Virus record (IMG/VR): IMGVR_UViG_3300036821_000215
Span: 1 to 34,781 of that record
Direction: 5' to 3' (one strand)
Length of the DNA stretch: 34,781 nt
DNA from: a virus
Taxonomy: Duplodnaviria; Caudoviricetes
The notes below the pieces were generated by a model. The model did no database searches. It was not told where the DNA came from and worked only from the letters and a program-made list of their open reading frames with translations. Shown here one piece after another: positions 17,466-25,964 of this stretch (its first letter is position 1; each line of letters begins with the position of its first letter). Made by a program: the position numbers and the translations under genes.

Positions 17466-18212
17466 TTAACAACTGGGCTTTGCCTTACGCGGGCGGCCAC
17501 GCTTAGCCGGGGTGGCTTTAGGCTTGGTTTTGCGCGGGGCGGCATCAGGCTTCGCCACCACCACCTCTGGCCGCAGTGCTCTCTCCAGTTGCTCTATGTC
17601 TTTTTTCACACCGGCAACGCTATCAAGCTGCATCGCGCGTTTTAGCTGAACAAGCGCCTGTTCGGGCTGGCCGTTGTCGCGCAGTACCAGACCGGTAATT
17701 TTGTGCAGCTTAGCGCGCACCGGATCCGGCATGTCGTGCGGGAGTGTCATATCAATCACGGTCAGCAGGTCATCAACGCTGACGGCCTCCCCGGCACTGC
17801 GGGCGCGCATCGCGGCCAGCGCAACATCTTCGGCAAATAAATACGGCGTCGGGCGCTTGTTATTCGGCACACTGAGACCGTGTTTTAGCGCATAGCGCGC
17901 CATGTCGAACGTGCCGCGAATGTCCCCCGCATCGAGTGACCACTGCAACATCGTCATCAGGACGTCATCCTGATTTCCGGCATCGCTGGCCAGCACACCG
18001 GCAATCCACGGCGCATAGGCTGGCAACATGTCGCGCTTGCGTCGGGCTTTGTCTTCAACGGAATAAATGGATTTGAGTATCTGGCGGTCTCCGCGCAGCT
18101 TCATCAGCATCTGACCGTATGGCAGTGCCGAACGCAGCGGATCACTGACCCGCTGCGATGAGGCTTTTTCAGCAGAGACCCGCATCATGTGACGCTGTGC
18201 AGGACTCAGCAT
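17466..18212 (-). CDS. M: Terminase small subunit gpM
   Basis: MLSPAQRHMMRV...QDDVLMT...AGVKKDIEQLER; follows N. Confidence 0.94.
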   Translation of the reverse strand: MLSPAQRHMMRVSAEKASSQRVSDPLRSALPYGQMLMKLRGDRQILKSIYSVEDKARRKRDMLPAYAPWIAGVLASDAGNQDDVLMTMLQWSLDAGDIRGTFDMARYALKHGLSVPNNKRPTPYLFAEDVALAAMRARSAGEAVSVDDLLTVIDMTLPHDMPDPVRAKLHKITGLVLRDNGQPEQALVQLKRAMQLDSVAGVKKDIEQLERALRPEVVVAKPDAAPRKTKPKATPAKRGRPRKAKPSC

Positions 18213-18214
18213 GG

Positions 18215-19315
18215 TTACGCCTCGGTTTCAGGTTGGGTTTCAGTCACCGGTGATGAGGCCGGTTCGTTTTTTTCAGAGGTGAAATCGCCGAGCTCGATGT
18301 TTTCAATCATCGCCGCGCAGCCGTAGTCTTCGACCACAAAGTCAATTTTCAGGGACTCGTAGTTTTCGATGCGGTCACGGCGCGCTACTTCTTCGATATG
18401 ACGGCGGTGTGAGCTGTCCATGATGTAGATAGACAGGTTATCCAGACGGGTGATCAGCAGGGCATTGTCCGGGAAGTAAGGCACACGCACCGCAGGCAAA
18501 TTACCGATGCGTTTCTGGCTGACGATAATGTCTCCGGCCAGTTTTTCGCTGTTTTCCTGCGACTTGTTAATCAGCGGGAAATACTTATCGGAAAGCATTT
18601 TGCGGCCGCAAATCACTACCAGTCCGGGGTCTTCTGAATGCCACGCATCCAACAGAAAATCGGTGGCGTTCATGACCGCAGCGTCGATATTTTCGAAATC
18701 ACCGTTCTTACCGATTCGCACGGTGGCGGTAACCACCGCGCCGGTGTCGTCAGTGATTTTATCCATCACGCGCTCGGCCGCTTCGTTACGCAGCTTTTGC
18801 AGCCAGCCGACAGCCACGTCCTGCAACATCTGGAACTTGCTGCGGTCAGACGTTTCCGCGCGGCTTACGCCGTTGAAACCGGCCATGATGTAATCCAGTG
18901 CCTGACGTTTAGCGATTGCATCGCGCAGACGGGTCTGGAAGTCCTGATAACGCGCCCACAAATCGAGGGTGTTGTAACGGATATGGAAATCGAAATTGAC
19001 CTGCTCACACTTATATTTGCGTGAAGCCAGCGCCTGAAAATCTGCGGTTTTACGCTCGCTGCCACCGTCGGTGTCTGTGGTACTGGCAATAGAGCCGGTC
19101 ACGCCAAGGCCGATTTTTTCACCTTCCTGTTCGTCCACCGGCACCATGTTGATGCGGCTCAGAAATTCAGAGGACTCCTGCACGGTGGTGATAAGGGTCT
19201 GCGTGACAGAAGGTTCAACGCTGAATTTTTTACTCAAATCCTCCACATCGACGCCGTTCAGCTCGGCCAGACGGGACAGGTAGGCATTAAATTTAAAACG
19301 GGTGTTCTTACGCAT
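18215..19315 (-). CDS. N: Major capsid protein gpN
   Basis: MRKNTRFKFNAYL...FSVEPSVTQTL...QDVAVGWLQK. Confidence 0.97.
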   Translation of the reverse strand: MRKNTRFKFNAYLSRLAELNGVDVEDLSKKFSVEPSVTQTLITTVQESSEFLSRINMVPVDEQEGEKIGLGVTGSIASTTDTDGGSERKTADFQALASRKYKCEQVNFDFHIRYNTLDLWARYQDFQTRLRDAIAKRQALDYIMAGFNGVSRAETSDRSKFQMLQDVAVGWLQKLRNEAAERVMDKITDDTGAVVTATVRIGKNGDFENIDAAVMNATDFLLDAWHSEDPGLVVICGRKMLSDKYFPLINKSQENSEKLAGDIIVSQKRIGNLPAVRVPYFPDNALLITRLDNLSIYIMDSSHRRHIEEVARRDRIENYESLKIDFVVEDYGCAAMIENIELGDFTSEKNEPASSPVTETQPETEA

Positions 19316-19358
19316 GTTTCTCTCACTGTTTATCAGGAATAAAGGGGAACGCCGCCGG

Positions 19359-20204
19359 TTAGCAGTTCGTCAAAAAGGTGCTTTCACCGTTGCCACCCGG
19401 AGAGACCGGGCGTTTCGGTTGTTTGAAACTTTCGGTGCTGTCGAGGGAGGTTTTTAACGAGCTAAGCGCCGCATCGCTGGTTTTCACCTGCCCTTTCAGC
19501 GCGGTAATTTCCTGCTCCAGTTCAGAGAAGCGTTTTGCGGTGGTTTCACCGGCGGTTTGTAATTCCTCGGCTACGACCGTGATCGCGCCCTGCAGGTCAG
19601 AAAAACGGGCGTCATCGCTGGTCTGTTTGGTGCTGAACATCCCTTTGATCTTTTCCGTCAGGCTGGTAAGCAGGTTGTCGGGCAGGTCTTCGAAATCCAG
19701 CTCGGCAATGGTGGCCACGGAGAACAAATCATCCGGCTGGTCTTTCTTACCGGCGAACGGGTTGACCTTAGCGCGGGCGCTGAATTCGAGCATTTCCGTT
19801 CCAAGGCTGGCGGGGTCATCAGTCACGGCCAGACCGACCAGATAGGCTTTACCGCTGTTGGCGAAATTCGGGCGAATTTCCATGGAGGTGTAAATTTTCT
19901 GCCCCGCTTTGACCATTGCGGCCAGCTCGTCAGTCGGGGTGATTTTGGCAAACAGTGCCCACTTACCTTTCAGGGCTGAATCATCATCAATTTTCTCGCC
20001 TTTCAGTTCGACGACATCACCGAGGCGCTTAAAGTCACCGCTGGGTAATAAGCCTCTGATGTGCTCCAGATTGATGCGGCAACCGTAGACGCGCGGATCA
20101 AACGCTGCGGCCATTTGCTGAATGTCGCTTGCCTCAATATTGCGGCCGTCGCAGGTATCACCCTCAACGCCGATTCGAAACCATTTCGATACTTTCTTTG
20201 CCAT
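19359..20204 (-). CDS. O: Capsid scaffolding protein/protease gpO
   Basis: FRIGVEGDTCDGR...INLEH...GLAVTDDPASLGTE. Confidence 0.97.
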   Translation of the reverse strand: MAKKVSKWFRIGVEGDTCDGRNIEASDIQQMAAAFDPRVYGCRINLEHIRGLLPSGDFKRLGDVVELKGEKIDDDSALKGKWALFAKITPTDELAAMVKAGQKIYTSMEIRPNFANSGKAYLVGLAVTDDPASLGTEMLEFSARAKVNPFAGKKDQPDDLFSVATIAELDFEDLPDNLLTSLTEKIKGMFSTKQTSDDARFSDLQGAITVVAEELQTAGETTAKRFSELEQEITALKGQVKTSDAALSSLKTSLDSTESFKQPKRPVSPGGNGESTFLTNC

Positions 20205-20241
20205 TGTTCAGATGTCCTGAGTAGGAGTTAGGTTCGGGGCT

Positions 20242-20339
20242 AGTTTCCCGACCTGAAGCCCGCACGGCCAGCGGTGGCCGTCTGACGATCCATTACACAA
20301 CAGGGGGTTAATGCGAGGGTGTGAGCGGTTGCGTAGCGT
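20242..20339. promoter_or_regulatory. Divergent late promoters pO and pP sharing one Ogr site
   Basis: Site at 20279-20302; GAAACT 31 nt away on the minus strand (20242-20247) and TAGCGT 31 nt away on the plus strand (20334-20339). Confidence 0.75.
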
Positions 20340-20368
20340 GACGCTCATCCATTCAGCGGAGCGACACA

Positions 20369-22138
20369 ATGACCGAGAACAACGCAGGATTAATCAGCGA
20401 CCCGCGCAGACAGGCGGCACTGCTTTACTGGCAGGGTTTTTCCGTCACGCAAATAGCGGAAATGCTCAGTCTGAAAAAACCCACAGTGCAGAGCTGGAAA
20501 CAGCGCGAAAAATGGGATGCCGTCGCCCCGATTTCACGCATTGAAACCAGCATCGAGGCGCGGGTCATTCAACTGGTGATGAAGAGTAAAAAAGAGGGGC
20601 AGGATTTTAAAGAAATCGACCTGCTGGGCCGACAGATTGAGCGCCTCGCAAGGGTTAACCGCTACATGTCCACCGGCAGCGAAGCGGATTTAAATCCGAA
20701 CGTGGCGAACCGCAATAAAGGGGAGCGGAAAAAGGCGGAGAAAAATGTTTTCACGGATGACGCTATCGCCAAACTCAGTGACATTTTTCTCGATGAGGCG
20801 TTTGAGTATCAGCGCGGCTGGCATCAGGCGGGTTTACAGCACCGCATCCGCAATATTCTCAAATCTCGCCAGATTGGCGCGACCTTCTTTTTTGCCCGCG
20901 AGGCGCTGCTTGATGCGCTGACCACCGGACGTAATCAGATATTTATCTCGGCCAGTAAATCACAGGCGCACGTCTTTAAAAATTACATCATCGACTTTGC
21001 CCGTCAGGTTGACGTAGACCTCAAAGGCGACCCGATGCAGCTTTCAAACGGGGCGCGCCTGTTCTTTCTCGGAACAAATATCCGTACCGCTCAGAGCTAC
21101 ACCGGCAATCTTTATCTGGATGAATATTTCTGGATCCCCAAATTTCAGGAGCTGCGCAAAGTGGCCTCCGGGATGTCACTGCATAAAAAATGGCGTACCA
21201 CCTATTTCTCCACACCGTCGAGCCTAGCCCACAGCGCCTATCCGTTCTGGTCAGGTGAGTTATTTAATAAAGGGCGTCGGCATAAAGACCAGCGAATTCA
21301 GCTCGACCTCAGCCACAGCCATTTAGCCGCCGGTGTGGAATGTGCCGACGGCCAGTGGCGGCAGATTGTCACCGTGGAAGATGCGCTGTCCGGGGGCTGC
21401 GACTTGTTCGACATCAATCAGCTTTCGCTCGAATACGGCCCGTCCGAATATCAGAACCTGCTGATGTGTGAATTTGTCGATGATAAATCGTCGGTATTCC
21501 CGTTTGAGGAGTTGCAGGGCTGCATGGTGGACAGTCTCGAAGAGTGGCCGGACTTTAATCCCTACGTCTTTCACCCGTTCGATGACAATCCGGTGTGGAT
21601 TGGTTACGACCCGTCGGAAGCGAACGGCGGCGACAGTGCCGGGTGCGTGGTCATTGCTCCACCTGAACAACCGGGCGGCATTTTCCGCATTTTGGAACGT
21701 CACCAGTGGCAAGGTATGGATTTTGATGCACAGGCCAAGGCCATCGAGGCGCTCACAGAAAAATATAACGTCGAATACATCGGTATCGATGCCACCACCG
21801 TGGGTCAGGGCGTTTATCAGCTCGTCAGGCAGTTTTACCCGGCGGCGCGTGAAATCAAATACACGCCGGAAGTGAAAACGGAAATGGTGCTGAAAGCGAA
21901 AAACACCATCCATCGCGGCTGTCTGCAATACGACGCTGGCCACACTGATATCACGGCGTCATTCATGGCCATTCAGAAAACCATGACGGCCAGCGGAGCG
22001 AAATCCACCTACCGCGCGAGCCGCAGCGAAGAAGCCAGCCACGCCGACGTCGCATGGGCAACGATGCACGTTTTGATTAACGAACCGCTGACCGCCGCCT
22101 CCGGCAAACAAATAAAATCTACCTTGGTGATGTTCTGA
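20369..22138 (+). CDS. P: Terminase large (ATPase) subunit gpP
   Basis: Walker A-like KSRQIGAT, Walker B LYLDEYFW, nuclease motifs WIGYDP and HADVAWA. Confidence 0.97.
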   Translation: MTENNAGLISDPRRQAALLYWQGFSVTQIAEMLSLKKPTVQSWKQREKWDAVAPISRIETSIEARVIQLVMKSKKEGQDFKEIDLLGRQIERLARVNRYMSTGSEADLNPNVANRNKGERKKAEKNVFTDDAIAKLSDIFLDEAFEYQRGWHQAGLQHRIRNILKSRQIGATFFFAREALLDALTTGRNQIFISASKSQAHVFKNYIIDFARQVDVDLKGDPMQLSNGARLFFLGTNIRTAQSYTGNLYLDEYFWIPKFQELRKVASGMSLHKKWRTTYFSTPSSLAHSAYPFWSGELFNKGRRHKDQRIQLDLSHSHLAAGVECADGQWRQIVTVEDALSGGCDLFDINQLSLEYGPSEYQNLLMCEFVDDKSSVFPFEELQGCMVDSLEEWPDFNPYVFHPFDDNPVWIGYDPSEANGGDSAGCVVIAPPEQPGGIFRILERHQWQGMDFDAQAKAIEALTEKYNVEYIGIDATTVGQGVYQLVRQFYPAAREIKYTPEVKTEMVLKAKNTIHRGCLQYDAGHTDITASFMAIQKTMTASGAKSTYRASRSEEASHADVAWATMHVLINEPLTAASGKQIKSTLVMF

Positions 22139-22139
22139 T

Positions 22140-23153
22140 ATGACCCGTAAAAAAAACCGCATCAATCAAAAACTGACGCCCCAATCCGACACCCAAAAAA
22201 GCGAGATTTTTCGTTTTGATGAACCCGCCACGGTGATGGATCGCCGGGATATTCTTAATTATCTGGAATGCCTCAGCAACGGGAAATGGTACGAGCCACC
22301 GGTCACTTTCTCCGGGCTGGCTAAAAGCTTCCGCGCCGCCGTTCACCACAGTTCGCCGATGTACGTTAAGCGTAATATTCTGGCGAGTACGTTCATCCCT
22401 CACCCACTGCTTTCTCAGCAGCAATTCAGCCGCTACGCGCTGGACTACATTGTTTTTGGTAATGCGTTCATCGAAAAACGCCTGAGCGTGACCGGCCAGC
22501 TTCTCAAACTGGAGGCATCACCGGCCAAGTACACGCGCCGTGGCGTAGAGGAAGATGTTTACTGGTTCGTGGAGAATTACATAACCCCTCACGCCTTTGG
22601 TCAAGGGAGCGTATTTCATTTGCAAGAGCCGGACATTAATCAGGAACTGTACGGCCTGCCGGAATACCTCAGCGCATTAAATAGCGCGTGGCTCAATGAG
22701 TCAGCGACGCTGTACCGTCGGAAATATTTCCTCAACGGCGCACACGCGGGCTATGTCATGTATGTTACCGACCCGGCGCAAAACTCGCAGGACGTGACCG
22801 CACTGCGCGACATGATGACGAAATCCAAAGGGTCAGGGAATTTTAAAAATATTTTCTACCACGCACCCGGCGGAAAATCGGATGCGATCAAAATCATTCC
22901 CCTCAGCGAAGTGGCGACCAAGGACGATTTCTTTAACATCAAGAACGCAACACGCGACGACCTGCTTAGTGCGCACCGGGTGCCACCGCAGATGATGGGC
23001 ATCATCCCGAACAACACCGGCGGGTTTGGTGATGTTGAGAAAGCGGCAAAGGTATTTGTGCGTAATGAGCTGGTTCCTTTGCAGGAACGCATGAAGGAGA
23101 TAAACGAGTGGGTTGGGAAGGAGGTGGTCAGGTTTATTAATTATGAGCTTTAA
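22140..23153 (+). CDS. Q: Portal protein gpQ
   Basis: WYEPPV...HHSSP...DINQELYGLPEY...AHRVPPQMMG. Confidence 0.97.
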   Translation: MTRKKNRINQKLTPQSDTQKSEIFRFDEPATVMDRRDILNYLECLSNGKWYEPPVTFSGLAKSFRAAVHHSSPMYVKRNILASTFIPHPLLSQQQFSRYALDYIVFGNAFIEKRLSVTGQLLKLEASPAKYTRRGVEEDVYWFVENYITPHAFGQGSVFHLQEPDINQELYGLPEYLSALNSAWLNESATLYRRKYFLNGAHAGYVMYVTDPAQNSQDVTALRDMMTKSKGSGNFKNIFYHAPGGKSDAIKIIPLSEVATKDDFFNIKNATRDDLLSAHRVPPQMMGIIPNNTGGFGDVEKAAKVFVRNELVPLQERMKEINEWVGKEVVRFINYEL

Positions 23154-23336
23154 ACTAACTATTGCAAAAACAGCCGGGCGAAATGGCAGTTTAATTTTCC
23201 CCATGAACTTTATTAGTCAAAATTTAATCTTTGGCTGAATAAGACTACATGGAATTGTGACTTTGAAGGAGGAGCAGAATTTGATTTGCCATACGATTTA
23301 TTCGTTAAATGTGATTAATTAGATTTTCACAATTTC

Positions 23337-23373
23337 ATTAAATGCCTGTACGGATATCTTGCAGGCATTTAAT
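23337..23373. terminator. Hairpin between the convergent Q and OLD genes, possible bidirectional terminator
   Basis: 12-bp inverted repeat ATTAAATGCCTG (23337-23348) / CAGGCATTTAAT (23362-23373), 7 nt from the OLD stop. Confidence 0.65.
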
Positions 23374-23380
23374 ATGGATA

Positions 23381-25261
23381 TTAAATACCTAAAAGACGGA
23401 TATTATTTCCCTGATCATTTGCTTTTGCCCAATCCGTCAACTCCGCAAGGATTTGAGAAATAAACTCATCGTCTGGATCATGCCCTATCGGATCGAATTG
23501 ACGCCCATCAAATAAACTTGATATGAGTCCTTGCACTCTTTCTTTCAATTTTTCATCAGATGAGATACGTTTAAAAGCTGCATAAGGTTTATCTTTTCCA
23601 AGTTCCTCCCCTCCAAGAAAACGTTCAAAATCAGGAATGCTCCAGCGATGAAAAACTGTGTGGCCGTTTTCTCTGCATTTTATGATCTCGTTACGAATCG
23701 TTGTATTTATCGTCCACATTCCATTTCCAGAACCGTCTTTTCGGTATGGCCAATCAATATCATGGACAATTCCAAAGTCGGTCTTGAAATGACGTAACAT
23801 TTTAATTAATGGTACAAGAACCGCTTTGCCGCGAGCACGAATAATACTTACCTTGCCAGTCATTTCATGTTGTGTTTTTACAATTGCAGATATAAAGGCT
23901 GCATGTTCAGTATCACCCTCTACGACAATCGGATAGCTTCCAAAGAAGACTTCTGCAAAACCTATATCAGTAAGTTGTAAAGCCTGTAAGTTATCTTTTT
24001 CCTCATCAGAAAAATTTGCTTCATCAGCGATATATAACCGTGGTGAAAGTGCTTTACCATCAGTTGACCTCTGCATACGGGCAATTGTCGTGTGATCCTC
24101 GAGAGGATTGATAAAGTAAGGTGAGTGTGTAGTTAACAATACTTGCCAATCAGGATGTTTTCCAAGAGCATAAAGGTGTGATTGCGCGGCTCTAGCGGCC
24201 ATTGGGTGCAGTGCATTTTCTGGCTCATCCATCAAAAGAATATATCCGGGTAATGCAGGATCTTCTGCATCTTCAGGTACCGGGTCACCATTTTCCATAG
24301 CATCAATTTGCTGATTAAGTAATTTTACTTCTTCACTGTCGACTCCTTTTTTAGATTCCTTCTTCAATTGATCTTTCAAGGTTTTAAGAAGAGCTTCGCG
24401 TTTTTCAGTTTGACGACTAATCTCATTGTGAACTTGCAACATCGCCCAAAACAATGCCCGCCTTGCTCCCGTTCCTTGTTGACCGATCCGAGATTGACCG
24501 GCAGCCTCCTCAATCAACAATCCGGAACCTTGTTTTAAAAGATTTTCGATTTTCAGTTCGGGAGGAGTCATTTCAACATGAAGTTGTACGCCTAATCCTG
24601 GGAAAATACTTTGAAATCCAGTTTGTATCTGCTGAGAAATACTAGATAACCTTTTCTGGTGTGGTTCAGCTAAGGCATTTACTGTAGCTGCCAAGGCAGA
24701 TTTATCTTTAGATATTTGTGAATTCTTATCACTCTCGAGTGTTTTGAGTTCTTTTACCAGCGGGCTCAAAGCAAGAGTAAGCAATATATCTTCTGAAGTT
24801 ACAGCGTCATCAAGAGATTTGATGCGCATAGGTCTTGGTAGCCGAGATTTAAAAACATTATCAGCTCCTCCAGCCTTACCATCAGCAGCCCAATCATCTA
24901 ATTGTGGGTCCCATGTTTTTCTTACAGGTTTTCCTAATTCATCCCATGTCCATAAACTTCTAACTATTCTTTTTTCATCTTCAATAATTTTCCATTTTTC
25001 ATCCACATTTCCCATTCCCTCAGGAATATGAACATCGAGGATTACCTCTGATGGCTGTTCCGCAGTGGCCCAATTACATCTATCATTGGTAATATTGAAG
25101 GAACTTGGGTTAAATGCTAGCTCATAAGCCCTGAGTATTGTTGTCTTTCCCGAATTGTTAGGTCCAACAAGGCAAAGGATATCATCAAGCTTAACCTGAA
25201 CCCCTTCCGGTCCGATGCATCCTATATTCTTAACAAAGATATTTAGTAATTTTGATCTCAT
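23381..25261 (-). CDS. old: OLD-family ATP-dependent nuclease (ABC ATPase + TOPRIM), probable anti-phage gene
   Basis: Walker A GPNNSGKT, signature-like QGTG, Walker B/D-loop LLMDEPENALHP, switch TTHSP, TOPRIM VVEGDTE and HDID, C-terminal DFE. Confidence 0.9.
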   Translation of the reverse strand: MRSKLLNIFVKNIGCIGPEGVQVKLDDILCLVGPNNSGKTTILRAYELAFNPSSFNITNDRCNWATAEQPSEVILDVHIPEGMGNVDEKWKIIEDEKRIVRSLWTWDELGKPVRKTWDPQLDDWAADGKAGGADNVFKSRLPRPMRIKSLDDAVTSEDILLTLALSPLVKELKTLESDKNSQISKDKSALAATVNALAEPHQKRLSSISQQIQTGFQSIFPGLGVQLHVEMTPPELKIENLLKQGSGLLIEEAAGQSRIGQQGTGARRALFWAMLQVHNEISRQTEKREALLKTLKDQLKKESKKGVDSEEVKLLNQQIDAMENGDPVPEDAEDPALPGYILLMDEPENALHPMAARAAQSHLYALGKHPDWQVLLTTHSPYFINPLEDHTTIARMQRSTDGKALSPRLYIADEANFSDEEKDNLQALQLTDIGFAEVFFGSYPIVVEGDTEHAAFISAIVKTQHEMTGKVSIIRARGKAVLVPLIKMLRHFKTDFGIVHDIDWPYRKDGSGNGMWTINTTIRNEIIKCRENGHTVFHRWSIPDFERFLGGEELGKDKPYAAFKRISSDEKLKERVQGLISSLFDGRQFDPIGHDPDDEFISQILAELTDWAKANDQGNNIRLLGI

Positions 25262-25623
25262 GCCTACTTCCTTTTGAAGTTAAACAACCGAATATGGACA
25301 TAGAAAATCAATTAATTTTATATACTCAATTAGAGGTAAATAGCTACTTCTTTTACTGTTAGATGTGACTAACCTCGAATGCCCAAAGTATTCTCTGAAC
25401 ACGCCCACCTTGGGCATAAAGCTGGCTGCCAGATTATTAAGTATTGGACGGAGTCGAAAATGTGGCAGATCTGGTCAGACACTAAAACATCTAAACATAA
25501 CTCTATGAGCGCCACGACAGGGCGCGAACTAGCAAAACCACCTGAGGCCTAACCGAGCCAATAAAACATACCCACGGCGCGCGCACAAGCCCGTATAAAT
25601 ACAAAAAAGTGGGTTTGCGCGCA

Positions 25624-25642
25624 ATGCTATCCCCGCCACGCC
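25624..25642 (-). other. cos cohesive end (19 nt)
   Basis: Minus strand GGCGTGGCGGGGATAGCAT, one mismatch from the phage 186 cohesive end as I recall it (GGCGTGGCGGGGAAAGCAT); lies between Q and A as expected. Confidence 0.9.
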
Positions 25643-25964
25643 TACCCGCTTTACATGTCGATTGTAATGCAGCTTTTTAAAATCATTTTATAGTGGTCTG
25701 CACTGGTGGGAAGTTCTGATTGCCGTTCCAAAAAAAAATGCAAAGTCATGCAACAAGAATGCAAATCTCTATGCGTACAGCAAAGGCTTCATCAGAGATG
25801 TGCATGCTAATCTTGAGTGGGACTAACATTCTCCTACTTCATGAAAATTATCAACTTGCAATCGTATTTCAAAGAATTAGATCATAATAATATTTTATGT
25901 TTGGCATTGACGGGAAATAAAAAATAATTTAAAAAAACTTATCAAACTAGTGGGGAAAGATAAA

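Noticed and set aside
1656-23204. Many antisense or alternate-frame ORFs over structural genes (e.g. 3497-4312+, 16924-17469+, 21323-21943-)
   Set aside because: Shadow ORFs of GC-rich coding sequence, with no recognisable motifs, fully overlapping well-supported P2 genes
23381-25261. Gabija, PARIS or retron assignment for the OLD gene
   Set aside because: No UvrD partner, second gene, reverse transcriptase or msr/msd seen; a fused PARIS-like identity cannot be excluded without HMM searches
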